Made by a program: the position numbers and the translations under genes. This document shows positions 1-9,249 of a stretch of 64,000 nt of DNA, piece after piece (the first letter of the stretch is position 1; the number at the start of each line of letters is the position of its first letter). Below the pieces are notes generated by a model. That model did no database searches. It was not told the DNA's origin and was given only the letters and a program-made list of their open reading frames with translations. Source of the DNA: a virus (taxonomy: Duplodnaviria > Caudoviricetes). The stretch lies in the IMG/VR virus record IMGVR_UViG_3300033073_001332, positions 64,001-128,000 of that record. One strand, written 5' to 3'.

Positions 1-4
1 GTAT

Positions 5-1483
5 ATGTTACAAATATACTCTGAATCAAAACGAATCAAATCAATTTTAACAGAATTATTTAACAATCGTTTGGATATTAATACAAACCTACCAATGTGG
101 ACAAGAAACACATGTAAGTTTGGTGATAACTTTGTTTATTTAAAATTAGACCCAGAAAAAGGTATTGTTGGATGTCAACAATTACCTAACATACAAATTG
201 AAAGGTTAGAAAAAGGAATGAGATTCCAACCTGACAAATATTCTCAAGAAATGGAAAACGACGCGTTGAAGTTTACGTGGAAAGAGAAAAACATGGAATT
301 TAACGTTTGGGAGATAGCTCACTTTAGAATATTAGGTGATGATAGAAAATTACCTTACGGAACATCTATGTTAGAAAAGGCTCGTCGTATTTGGAAACAA
401 CTTTTATTATCTGAAGACGCGATGTTAATCTATCGTGTATCAAGAGCACCTGAAAGAAGAGTATTTAAAGTTTTTGTTGGTAACATGGACGATAAAGATG
501 TTGACCCATACGTACAAAGAGTTGCTAGTAAATTTAAAAGAGACCAAATTTCTGACCCAGCAACAGGGAATGTAGATATGAGATATAATCAATTGGCAGT
601 TGACCAAGATTACTTTATCCCTGTTAGAGATGCTGCAGCAACAAACCCAATAGAAACTCTACCAGGTGGAACAAACTTAGCTGAAATTGCAGATATAGAA
701 TATATCCAAAAGAAATTAGTTACAGCTCTTAGAATACCTAAAGCATATTTAGGATTTGAAGAAGCTGTTGGTGATGGTAAAAACTTATCATTATTAGATA
801 TTCGTTTTGCTAGAACAATTAATAGAATTCAAAAATCTATGATTGCAGAATTAAATAAAATTGCAATTGTTCATTTATTCTTATTAGGGTATGAAGACGA
901 ATTAACAAACTTTACATTAGCATTAACTAACCCATCTAAACAATCTGACTTATTAGGTATCGAAGTGTGGAAAGAGAAAATACTTCTTTACAAAGATGCG
1001 GTTGCGGAAATACCAAACGCTTTAGCCCCTGTATCATCTTCATGGGCTAAAAAACATATTTTAGGATTCTCTGATGAAGAAATTAGATTAGACATCCAAC
1101 AACAAAGAGTTGAAAGAGCAGTGGCGGCTGAACTTGGTAAAACTGCAGAAGTTATTACTAACACAGGTTTATTTGATAACATAGATAAGTTATATGGTAA
1201 AAAAGATGGTGCGGCACCTGCGGAAGGTGGAGAATCACCTGAAGATGGAGGGGCTCCTGATATGGGAGGAGGAGTACCACCTATGGGCGGTGAAATGCCA
1301 TCAGAACCACCAGCGCCTGAGGCAGGAGGTGCAGAATTAGCACCTGAAAGTTTTCTAAAAGATGATTTAAATTTATTATTAGAAAAGGGTCTTTTTGGAA
1401 ATGATGATTTTATGAACTTAGGTAAAGGTAGAAATTCCTTAGTTGAAATAGATGAAAGATTGAAAGATTTATTAAATGGGTAA
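5..1483 (+). CDS. gp20: Portal protein, T4 gp20-like (5' end truncated by window)
   Basis: PYGTSMLEKARRIWKQL, EDAMLIYRVSRAPERRVFKVFVGNM, DYFIPVR, IETLPGG, DIEYIQKKLVTALRIP motifs typical of gp20 portals. Confidence 0.93.
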   Translation: MLQIYSESKRIKSILTELFNNRLDINTNLPMWTRNTCKFGDNFVYLKLDPEKGIVGCQQLPNIQIERLEKGMRFQPDKYSQEMENDALKFTWKEKNMEFNVWEIAHFRILGDDRKLPYGTSMLEKARRIWKQLLLSEDAMLIYRVSRAPERRVFKVFVGNMDDKDVDPYVQRVASKFKRDQISDPATGNVDMRYNQLAVDQDYFIPVRDAAATNPIETLPGGTNLAEIADIEYIQKKLVTALRIPKAYLGFEEAVGDGKNLSLLDIRFARTINRIQKSMIAELNKIAIVHLFLLGYEDELTNFTLALTNPSKQSDLLGIEVWKEKILLYKDAVAEIPNALAPVSSSWAKKHILGFSDEEIRLDIQQQRVERAVAAELGKTAEVITNTGLFDNIDKLYGKKDGAAPAEGGESPEDGGAPDMGGGVPPMGGEMPSEPPAPEAGGAELAPESFLKDDLNLLLEKGLFGNDDFMNLGKGRNSLVEIDERLKDLLNG

Positions 1484-1490
1484 TATTTAT
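1484..1490 (+). promoter_or_regulatory. TATTTAT putative late promoter
   Basis: Motif recurs upstream of 18 late genes. Confidence 0.65.
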
Positions 1491-1504
1491 ATAAAAAACT
1501 TGAA

Positions 1505-2236
1505 ATGAATAACTTTGGAACGATTAAAAGTAAATTAGAAAGGGCGAGTGTAGACTTGTTTGGTAAAAAAGAGTTTTCATCCTTTATGAATAACTTCAAA
1601 AGGGACATTTTAGAAAACAAAGATATAAGTGAAATTTATTTTATATATGACGACCTATCTTCAAAAAAAGGTATCGCAAAAGATATTGCAACTGACTATG
1701 TAAACGAATCGATTGAATATTGCCAAATCTTAATTGAAGGTAATAGAACAAAAATTAACCAAATCGATAAATGGATTTCTGATATTATTTCTGAAGTAGA
1801 TAACTCATATAATGTAATTGATACTTTAATTTACCAAAACTCTATAAAAAATTTAGAAAGCGTTTTAGAGTGTAAGAGAAAAGTTATCTCAACAATCATA
1901 TCTGAAGAAAACAAAAAACAAGTAAAAGAATCCATTCAACTACCTATTAAAACTATGGTTAAAGTTGCTGAAGATAATATTAAAAACCAACTTGAGTCTT
2001 TAACTGAATCCGAAAGAAAAGAAATAATCTCAATAGTATCCCTATCTAATGAAGAATTAAATAAGGAATTTAATGAGTTAAAAGAAAGTGTGATTTCAAA
2101 TTTAAAAACGTCTTTAAATGAATCTAAAGAAGATGATATGAAAAGTGTTATTGATAAAACAATATCAAAAATTTCAGATTCTAAATGCACACCATACGAC
2201 GTTTACAAACTTAGAAAGTTAAATTCAGGATTATGA
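1505..2236 (+). CDS. Hypothetical helical protein of head module
   Basis: 243-aa ORF after portal, preceded by TATTTAT motif. Confidence 0.7.
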   Translation: MNNFGTIKSKLERASVDLFGKKEFSSFMNNFKRDILENKDISEIYFIYDDLSSKKGIAKDIATDYVNESIEYCQILIEGNRTKINQIDKWISDIISEVDNSYNVIDTLIYQNSIKNLESVLECKRKVISTIISEENKKQVKESIQLPIKTMVKVAEDNIKNQLESLTESERKEIISIVSLSNEELNKEFNELKESVISNLKTSLNESKEDDMKSVIDKTISKISDSKCTPYDVYKLRKLNSGL

Positions 2237-2532
2237 GTTCAAAAAAATATTTCTTCGGGTGGGGTAATATTAAAAAAGGACTAACTGAATTAATAAGAAT
2301 ATATTCACACAAACCTTCATTTTTCTCCAAAAAAAGAATTGAGTCTGGAATAGCATTTATTATTGCGCAATGGGGGATGGTTTTTTATCTTTTAAAGAAA
2401 TACCCTGATTTATCTATGACAGATATAATTATGTGGGCATCCATAGAATTTGGGATATCAGGTTATATCCTACATCAAATCCAAAAAGAAAAAAAGGTTG
2501 AGGAGCCGACCGACAAAAATCAAGAAAGTTGA
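2233..2532 (+). CDS. Small membrane protein, 2 predicted TM helices (holin-like topology possible)
   Basis: Hydrophobic segments GIAFIIAQWGMVFYLL and IIMWASIEFGISGYIL, charged C-tail; ATGA overlap with upstream gene. Confidence 0.55.
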   Translation: MSSKKYFFGWGNIKKGLTELIRIYSHKPSFFSKKRIESGIAFIIAQWGMVFYLLKKYPDLSMTDIIMWASIEFGISGYILHQIQKEKKVEEPTDKNQES

Positions 2533-2711
2533 TTTCTTTTTTTCTGTAAGTAAATTGCCTTATTAACCTGACTTCTTTTTTTAACCGACTTCTTTGTAAA
2601 TTCTTGTCTATCACGCAATTGCTCTGATTGTTTTGTTTTATAAACTTTGAATTTATATTGTTTCAAAGCTTGTTCAATAGACGAGGCATTTTTTACTTTA
2701 ATAATAATCAT
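2520..2711 (-). CDS. rpsU: Phage-encoded 30S ribosomal protein bS21
   Basis: 63 aa, basic; IEQALKQYK..K, LRDRQEFTKKSVKKR, KAIY (Tyr54) match Bacteroidia-type bS21. Confidence 0.9.
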   Translation of the reverse strand: MIIIKVKNASSIEQALKQYKFKVYKTKQSEQLRDRQEFTKKSVKKRSQVNKAIYLQKKRNQLS

Positions 2712-2731
2712 ATTTTTTTTACTTTATTAAT

Positions 2732-2738
2732 ATAAATA
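2732..2738 (-). promoter_or_regulatory. TATTTAT putative late promoter (bS21)
   Basis: 20 nt upstream of bS21 ATG. Confidence 0.65.
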
Positions 2739-2755
2739 TACCAAAAAAATCCATT

Positions 2756-2787
2756 TTTGACAATTATCTTTTTTACAACTACATTTA
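2756..2787 (+). promoter_or_regulatory. Host-sigma (early/middle) promoter
   Basis: TTGACA(2757)-N17-TACATT(2780); also reads TTTG-N20-TACATTTA, similar to the Bacteroidota -33/-7 consensus. Confidence 0.6.
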
Positions 2788-2816
2788 ATAAAAAATAAAC
2801 TTGTAAGTTATGATTA

Positions 2817-3260
2817 ATGAAAAAAGGAAAAACATCAAAATTAAACATTTTTGATGATGCGAAATGTTTCTACGGAACGGTAGATTCAAAAAATATGAAA
2901 TCAATTTATGTAGTATTACAGACTTGGATAGAACCCATAACCATAGACGAAAATTGGAACAGATTAGTTGGTGAAATAAAAAGACAAATCCAACACACAC
3001 TTTTAGAAGTTATAGATACCCACACATTTGAAAGAAAACAAATAGTAGATTTAGATTTAAGGACAAGTGGAATTCAAAAGAACAAAAAAAGTTTTATGAA
3101 TTTAGAAATTACACTATTTGTTCATAATAAAACATTAGATTTCAAATCCCACATTTTAAGAGATAAAATTAAAAAAATGTTATCATCAATATATGTCGAT
3201 GATTTGAAAAACAATAAACATTTTACACTAAGTAAGACAAAAGTTGTAGAATTCAAATAA
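2817..3260 (+). CDS. Hypothetical protein
   Basis: 147-aa ORF downstream of a sigma70-like promoter. Confidence 0.7.
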   Translation: MKKGKTSKLNIFDDAKCFYGTVDSKNMKSIYVVLQTWIEPITIDENWNRLVGEIKRQIQHTLLEVIDTHTFERKQIVDLDLRTSGIQKNKKSFMNLEITLFVHNKTLDFKSHILRDKIKKMLSSIYVDDLKNNKHFTLSKTKVVEFK

Positions 3261-3266
3261 CCCTAA

Positions 3267-3273
3267 TATTTAT
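3267..3273 (+). promoter_or_regulatory. TATTTAT putative late promoter (prohead protease)
   Basis: In short intergenic gap. Confidence 0.65.
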
Positions 3274-3287
3274 TCATAAAAGAACTT

Positions 3288-3998
3288 ATGAGAATTTTAG
3301 GACCTAGTGATACAGGTAAAGGAATATTAGTCGAGTGGGATGCGGGGATTATTAACCCTAACGAAGCACGTAACCAAAGCGTTATTCAAGAATCTTATGG
3401 ACAATTAGAACATTCAAAACCATTTGTGTTTTATGCAACTCTACAGAAGTGGGGTGTTCCAAATAGAAACGGAAGGGTTTACCCTGAAAAAATATTAAGA
3501 AGAGAAGCTGAAAAATACCAAGATACCATTAAACGTGGTATGGCTATTTCGGAACTAAACCACCCTGAATCATCACTGATAGATTTAGATAGAGTTTCTC
3601 ACCTTATTACTGATATGTGGTGGGAAGGTAATGTTTTGATGGGTAAAATTAAATTACTTACAACACCAGGTTTCCATGAGAGAGGGGTTGTTTCATCAAA
3701 AGGTGATGTTGCAGCTAACTTAATGAGACAAGGTGTTACTATGGGTGTTTCATCTCGTGGGGTTGGTTCCTTAGTTAAAAATGGAGATAAGAATGAAGTT
3801 CAAGATGATTTTGAATTAATATGCTTTGACCTTGTATCTTCACCATCAACACCAGGTGCATATCTTTATTTGAATAAAGAAGATAGACCTAAATATGAAG
3901 AGAAGCTTGCAGAACATGACGCAACTAACTTCTCAGGTGGTGGGATGGAAAAATCTGTTGACTTAATGAAAAGATTAACCGATTATTTAGGAAGATAA
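3288..3998 (+). CDS. gp21: Prohead protease, T4 gp21-like
   Basis: NRNGRVYP, ELNHP (His), GVSSRGVGS (Ser), FDLVSSPSTPGA. Confidence 0.93.
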   Translation: MRILGPSDTGKGILVEWDAGIINPNEARNQSVIQESYGQLEHSKPFVFYATLQKWGVPNRNGRVYPEKILRREAEKYQDTIKRGMAISELNHPESSLIDLDRVSHLITDMWWEGNVLMGKIKLLTTPGFHERGVVSSKGDVAANLMRQGVTMGVSSRGVGSLVKNGDKNEVQDDFELICFDLVSSPSTPGAYLYLNKEDRPKYEEKLAEHDATNFSGGGMEKSVDLMKRLTDYLGR

Positions 3999-4008
3999 AA
4001 ATTTATAT

Positions 4009-4218
4009 ATGGACGAAAAATATTTTGTAGCAAAAATCACAACTGATATGGTTGATGATAACACAGGAAAAATTAAAAAAATTAGAGAAGAAAAACTTGT
4101 AAGAGGATTTTCACCTACAGATGTGGAAGCTAAAGTCACTAAGGCTTACGAAAGTTACTCAATGGATTGGAGAATTACTGCAATTGTTGAGAGCAAAATT
4201 GATGAGGTGATTGAATAA
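4009..4218 (+). CDS. Small protein resembling one DUF4494 half-domain (Bacteroidota family)
   Basis: YFVAKI..GKIKKIREEKLV..SPTDVEAKV..ITAIVESKIDEVI pattern. Confidence 0.5.
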   Translation: MDEKYFVAKITTDMVDDNTGKIKKIREEKLVRGFSPTDVEAKVTKAYESYSMDWRITAIVESKIDEVIE

Positions 4219-4236
4219 TTTTTTTTGTTATTTTCT

Positions 4237-4263
4237 AAGAGGGAACTTCGGTTCCCTTTTTTT
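4237..4263 (+). terminator. Rho-independent terminator
   Basis: AGAGGGAAC-TTCG-GTTCCCTTT plus T run; cUUCGg tetraloop. Confidence 0.9.
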
Positions 4264-4322
4264 ATGCCTTAATTTTTTTGGGATAAAAAACCTATTATAC
4301 GAATTTTTTTGAAAGAAGGATA

Positions 4323-4329
4323 TATTTAT
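4323..4329 (+). promoter_or_regulatory. TATTTAT putative late promoter (scaffold-capsid operon)
   Basis: After terminator, before scaffold ATG. Confidence 0.65.
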
Positions 4330-4368
4330 TTAGTAAAAATAAACGCGTAACGCATTGCATACAAAAAA

Positions 4369-5904
4369 ATGAGTTTAGAAAAAAACGAAAATTTAGTAGA
4401 GAAAGCTTTATTACAAATGAAGTCTATCGAGGAAGCTATAAGCGAAAATGCAAAAGGAATACTTGCTTCTACAATGAAGGAAGAAATCAGTGAACTAGTA
4501 AAAGAGTCATTATTTGGCTCAAAATCTAAAACATCTTTACACGAACAAGAAGAAGAAGGTTCTGAGGTCGAAATCGACACAGACGACGAAACAAACGATG
4601 GTGTAGAGGTAGACGACGCAGAAATTGAAGTGTCCCCTGAAGGAGATGAAGACATCTCTATGATGATGGGCATTGAAGGACCTGCCGATAACGAAGACGA
4701 ATTACCTCCTCTCGATATGACAGGTGCAAAACCTGACGAAGTGTTGAAAGTATTTAAGGCTATGGGTGATGAAGATGGGATTATTGTTGTTAAAGACGGT
4801 AATAACATTCACTTAACTGATAATAACACAGACACTGAATATTTTATCGATTTAGGTGACGATTCAGATATATCTATGGATGAACCTATGGAAGATATGA
4901 ATGAGAGTGTAATTTATGAATTAGTCTTCGAAGAAAAAGAAGGTGACGAAGAAATGGATGAATCATATGAAGATATGGACGAATCTTATGACGAAATGGA
5001 TGAATCATATGAAGATATGGACGAATCTTATGACGAAATGGATGAATCATATGAAGATATGGATGAGACTATTTATGAGTTGGAAGTTAACGAAACTATG
5101 AAACCTAAAGGTATGGGATTCGGAAAAATGAAGAATGGTTTACCTAAATCATCAGTTAATAACAAAGGGTTTGATGAAGATATGAAAGACGGGACAAAAT
5201 CTGAGAAAAAAGGTAAAGGTCCTAAATTTTCTTTCGGTAAAATCAAACATGGAGTTACTGAATCTGAAATGGACGAAGAGTTCATGGAAGGATGGATGGA
5301 TGAAGAAATGGTTGACGATTACAAAATGGAATCTGATTACATGGAAGGTGACTACATGGAAGGTGACTACATGGAAGGTGACTACATGGAGTCTGAACAC
5401 ATGGATGACAATACAGGTGAAACTACAGAAGCTTCAAGAACTATGACTTATAAAAGAAGAGCAGAAAGAGACAGAGTTGCGGCACCAAGTCAATTAAGAA
5501 AAGAATCATACAACAAAGAATTAAGTTTATTAAAAGAAAAGAACGAAGAGTACAAAAAGGCTTTAGACTTTTTCAGAAATAAATTAAATGAAGTTGCAGT
5601 ATTCAATTCTAATTTGGCATATTCTACAAGATTGTTCACTGAACACTCAACAACAAAACAAGAAAAAATAAACATACTTAGAAGATTTGATAACGTTGAG
5701 TCTATCAAAGAATCTAAATCTCTTTACAAGACAATTAAATCTGAACTTGATGGTAACAAATCAACTGACGTTGTTACGGAATCCATCCAAAGACAAGTTG
5801 TTAAAACACCTTCAAATGGTTCAGCATCTAATTTGATTGAAAGTAAAACTTATGAAAATCCTCAATTCTTAAGAATGAGAGATTTGATGTCAAAAATTAA
5901 ATAA
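4369..5904 (+). CDS. Prohead core/scaffold protein (gp22-like)
   Basis: Very acidic low-complexity middle, C-terminal coiled coil, position between protease and major capsid. Confidence 0.8.
   Translation: MSLEKNENLVEKALLQMKSIEEAISENAKGILASTMKEEISELVKESLFGSKSKTSLHEQEEEGSEVEIDTDDETNDGVEVDDAEIEVSPEGDEDISMMMGIEGPADNEDELPPLDMTGAKPDEVLKVFKAMGDEDGIIVVKDGNNIHLTDNNTDTEYFIDLGDDSDISMDEPMEDMNESVIYELVFEEKEGDEEMDESYEDMDESYDEMDESYEDMDESYDEMDESYEDMDETIYELEVNETMKPKGMGFGKMKNGLPKSSVNNKGFDEDMKDGTKSEKKGKGPKFSFGKIKHGVTESEMDEEFMEGWMDEEMVDDYKMESDYMEGDYMEGDYMEGDYMESEHMDDNTGETTEASRTMTYKRRAERDRVAAPSQLRKESYNKELSLLKEKNEEYKKALDFFRNKLNEVAVFNSNLAYSTRLFTEHSTTKQEKINILRRFDNVESIKESKSLYKTIKSELDGNKSTDVVTESIQRQVVKTPSNGSASNLIESKTYENPQFLRMRDLMSKIK
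4951..5063 (+). repeat. In-frame 42-bp tandem repeat (~2.7 copies) encoding (EMDESYEDMDESYD)n
   Basis: GAAATGGATGAATCATATGAAGATATGGACGAATCTTATGAC at 4951 and 4993, partial at 5035. Confidence 0.95.
5326..5390 (+). repeat. In-frame 15-bp tandem repeat encoding (MEGDY)n
   Basis: ATGGAAGGTGACTAC at 5341, 5356, 5371; degenerate copy at 5326. Confidence 0.95.
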
Positions 5905-5937
5905 ACAAATAAATAAACTCAAATTAAAAAAAATAAA

Positions 5938-7776
5938 ATGGGAGCATTATTAGAATCAGGTCTTGTTGGTAACATTGGTTTGAAACACCTTAAAGTTATC
6001 AAAGAAGATACAATTAACAAATGGGATAAATTAGGATTCCTAGATGGTCTTAAAGGACACATTAAAGAGAACATGGCTCAATTATATGAGAACCAAGCAT
6101 CTCACCTTATTAACGAAGCAGCGTCTACAGATAGCTCAGGTTCTTTCGAAACTGTAGTTTTCCCTATCGTAAGACGTGTATTCTCTAAATTGTTGGCTAA
6201 TGATTTAGTATCTGTACAGGCTATGAACTTACCAATCGGTAAATTGTTCTACTTTGTACCTAAGATTCAAAATTACAACACTGCAACTGCATATGACAAT
6301 CCTCACTTTGCACCAATCGGAGCACAAAACGGACCAACACCTGCAGAATCACAAGCGGCATATCCAGCATCATCTAAAAACCTTTATGATAGATTTTATG
6401 AAGGTACTGAGCCGGATTTAGACCCAGCAGGTTTGTGGGATTATTCTAAAGGTGCTTACACAGCTATCACTAAAGCGGCTGTTACTTATGTATGGTCAAG
6501 TGGACAATTAGTTGAAGGTGCTTACACTACAACTAATGGTGGTACTGTTAACGGAGCTACTACAGGTGGTCCTGTTCACAGAAAAGTAATTATCGCTCTT
6601 TCTGGTTTCACATCAGGTGGTGCTGGTAAATTAATCGGACCTGATGGTCAAGTTATGGATAACGAAGCATTCTTATCTGACTTACAAGTTAAGGCTTATG
6701 CTAACACTGTAGCTCAAGCGGCGTTCTCAGGTTTAGGTGTAAATACACCATTACTTTTCAGAGTTGTTACTCAAAAATATGGTAAAGGTATTGTTCAATA
6801 TGGTACTCAAACGACTACTACATGGCCAGGTACTGGTAACGGTGGTTCTTATGATAACCTTTGTGACGCAGCTGGTATCATCTACTTAGAAGTTGATACT
6901 CAAGTTCCTGCAGCAATCGGAGCAGCATCTTTAGATGGTTACTCAGGATTTACTTTAGGTGCTTCTGCAACACAAACTGACGGACAATTCTACTGTACTT
7001 ACAGAATCTACCAAGAATTGGAATTCGAAGACAGAATTGGTGAAGTTTCTTTTGACCTTGAGTCAGTTACTGTATCTGTTACAGAAAGAAAACTAAGAGC
7101 ACAATGGTCTCCTGAATTAGCTCAAGACGTTGCGGCGTTCCATAACATCGATGCTGAGGCTGAGTTAACTGCATTGTTATCTGAGCAAGTAGCTGCTGAG
7201 ATTGACCGTGAAATTTTACGTGACTTACGTAAAGGAGCGGCTTGGAATTTACGTTGGGATTACAACGGATGGAGAAGAATCAACGCAACTACTGCGTATA
7301 CACAAAAAGACTGGAACCAAACATTGATTACTGCTATCAACCAATTGTCAGCACAAATCCACAAGTCAACACTTCGTGGTGGAGCTAACTGGATTGTTGT
7401 ATCTTCTGAGGTTTCTGCGATTTTTGATGATTTAGAATACTTCCACGTATCTAACGCGTCTCCTGAGCAAGACCAATACAACATGGGTATTGAAAGAGTT
7501 GGTACATTAGCTGGTCGTTACCAAGTTTACCGTGACCCTTATTTCCCACCAAACACAGTATTGTTGGGTCACAAAGGTACGTCATTGTTAGACACTGGTT
7601 ACGTTTACGCACCATATGTTCCTCTACAATTAACACCTACAATGTATAACCCATTCAACTTTACACCAATCAAAGGTATCATGACAAGATACGCTAAGAA
7701 AATGGTTAACAACCGTTTCTATGGTAAAATCACAGTTGATGGAGTTAGAACATTTGACTTAAGAGAATTGAGATAA
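5938..7776 (+). CDS. gp23: Major capsid protein, T4 gp23-like, with large central insertion
   Basis: VSVQAMNLPIGKLFY, RKLRAQWSPELAQD, DAEAELTALLSEQVAAEIDREI, GYVYAPYVPL, GIMTRYA. Confidence 0.96.
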   Translation: MGALLESGLVGNIGLKHLKVIKEDTINKWDKLGFLDGLKGHIKENMAQLYENQASHLINEAASTDSSGSFETVVFPIVRRVFSKLLANDLVSVQAMNLPIGKLFYFVPKIQNYNTATAYDNPHFAPIGAQNGPTPAESQAAYPASSKNLYDRFYEGTEPDLDPAGLWDYSKGAYTAITKAAVTYVWSSGQLVEGAYTTTNGGTVNGATTGGPVHRKVIIALSGFTSGGAGKLIGPDGQVMDNEAFLSDLQVKAYANTVAQAAFSGLGVNTPLLFRVVTQKYGKGIVQYGTQTTTTWPGTGNGGSYDNLCDAAGIIYLEVDTQVPAAIGAASLDGYSGFTLGASATQTDGQFYCTYRIYQELEFEDRIGEVSFDLESVTVSVTERKLRAQWSPELAQDVAAFHNIDAEAELTALLSEQVAAEIDREILRDLRKGAAWNLRWDYNGWRRINATTAYTQKDWNQTLITAINQLSAQIHKSTLRGGANWIVVSSEVSAIFDDLEYFHVSNASPEQDQYNMGIERVGTLAGRYQVYRDPYFPPNTVLLGHKGTSLLDTGYVYAPYVPLQLTPTMYNPFNFTPIKGIMTRYAKKMVNNRFYGKITVDGVRTFDLRELR

Positions 7777-7794
7777 TCAATTAAATTGAATAAG

Positions 7795-7825
7795 AAAAAG
7801 GTCGGTTTATCCGACCTTTTTTTTT
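7795..7825 (+). terminator. Rho-independent terminator after major capsid gene
   Basis: AAAAAGGTCGG-TTTAT-CCGACC followed by T9. Confidence 0.9.
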
Positions 7826-7844
7826 GTCTAAGATATTTATTAAT

Positions 7845-8783
7845 ATGAAAAGAAAAATAAATGAGGCTACAGTAACAGGTGGTTCTAGAGGTTCATACAT
7901 CGCCCCATTATTACCTGGTGAAAGATATTTTAAAAAAAATATATTAGCTCCGTTTACAATACAAGATTCAAAGTATAAAAGCCCTGATTTGCAATATGAT
8001 TCATATGACGGTAAAATGGAAAGAAGTAAAAAACAAATAGGTAAAGAAGAAAAGATAGCTAATAAAATATATAATTTTATTAAGTATCATCCTGATGCCA
8101 CTTATAGTGACACTGAGGGTAATCCTATAAATCAGTATCCTGGTAAAAACAAAAATATTGTTCCAATTAAAGAATGGGTAGAATTAGATAGTATTAATTT
8201 GAACGAGACATCAACTTCAACAAGTGCTGGTATATATAATGGACCTGTTGCTATCGGTTTAAAAAAATGGAAAAAAAATGAATTAGACCCATATACTGAA
8301 TTTGTCGACACCACATTTAATCATAGTAAAAAACAAAAAACACTTAAAAACAATAAAAAAGGGTATGTTGGTCATTGGGAACCTAATAAAGATGGTTCTT
8401 ATAGATTAGACAATCATGAAGCGTATGCAATAAATGAAGATTTGGCGGTTTGGTTTGGAAAAAAGAAAAAACCAAAGGGGTCAAAACAACCAAAAGGGCC
8501 ATGGGTGAACATATGTAGAAAAGTGGATGGAAAACATCCACCTTGTGGTAGACCTGACACTTCTAAAGGTGCATATCCTAAATGTAGGGCTGCAGGTGTT
8601 GCTGGTAAAATGAGTGATTCTGCTAAAAGAGCTGCGTGTGCACAAAAAAGAAAGGCTGAAAAAAATGACCCACAATCGGGTAAAGGTCAAAAACCTGTGA
8701 TGACTTCATACAAACCAAAAAAGAAAAGGACCCAAAATGAGTCCTTAGAAAAAATTATTAGAAATATATTAAGTTCACTTTAA
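7845..8783 (+). CDS. Basic modular protein, probable internal head protein (start ATG 7845)
   Basis: TATTTAT 4 nt upstream of ATG; modules separated by INE/IKE/LNE; Cys-containing basic C-module (CGR..YPKC). Confidence 0.65.
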   Translation: MKRKINEATVTGGSRGSYIAPLLPGERYFKKNILAPFTIQDSKYKSPDLQYDSYDGKMERSKKQIGKEEKIANKIYNFIKYHPDATYSDTEGNPINQYPGKNKNIVPIKEWVELDSINLNETSTSTSAGIYNGPVAIGLKKWKKNELDPYTEFVDTTFNHSKKQKTLKNNKKGYVGHWEPNKDGSYRLDNHEAYAINEDLAVWFGKKKKPKGSKQPKGPWVNICRKVDGKHPPCGRPDTSKGAYPKCRAAGVAGKMSDSAKRAACAQKRKAEKNDPQSGKGQKPVMTSYKPKKKRTQNESLEKIIRNILSSL

Positions 8784-9247
8784 CAATAAGTTCCTGAACA
8801 TCTTTTTTTACCATCTAATCCTGGCATTCGACCTTTACATACTTGGACTGCATAACCATTGGCGTATGCACTTGGGTAAACATCGAACTTAGATTTAGCA
8901 GCCGCTTTACCACGAGCACATAATTTAGTACCTGTTTTCTTACGACCTTCAGACATAACCATATCTTTATCGTCTATGTTCATAGAAAGTTCCATACCAT
9001 CTCTTTTTGATTCATTCATTATAAAATCAAATACTTGGTCCATATTATTTTTTGCTTCAGCAATGTGGTCTTGAGCCCAATCATGACCATTATCTAAAAT
9101 ACCCTCTACCATTGATTGGTCTAAGTCTAATAACAAATCACATTGTCTTCTCATTTGTTCTAAATTAGAAAAGAACATATATCTATTAGACCTCATATCG
9201 TGGTCTTCTTTCAACACTTTTTTAATGATTGAATCTAAATTTTTCAT
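8780..9247 (-). CDS. Hypothetical head-associated protein with KFDVYPSAYANG module
   Basis: N-terminal IIKKVLKE; conserved-looking LCARGKAAAKSKFDVYPSAYANGYAVQVCKG. Confidence 0.6.
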   Translation of the reverse strand: MKNLDSIIKKVLKEDHDMRSNRYMFFSNLEQMRRQCDLLLDLDQSMVEGILDNGHDWAQDHIAEAKNNMDQVFDFIMNESKRDGMELSMNIDDKDMVMSEGRKKTGTKLCARGKAAAKSKFDVYPSAYANGYAVQVCKGRMPGLDGKKRCSGTYC

Positions 9248-9249
9248 AA

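Noticed and set aside
988-1620. Long antisense ORFs (988-1620, 4326-4808, 11555-11881, 13234-13707, 40828-41250 and other short track ORFs)
   Set aside because: Shadows of well-supported genes on the opposite strand, with Ser/Phe/Leu-biased composition and no motifs
4951-5390. Tandem repeats as a CRISPR array
   Set aside because: No unique spacers; units are multiples of 3, lie in frame within the scaffold gene, and no cas genes are present
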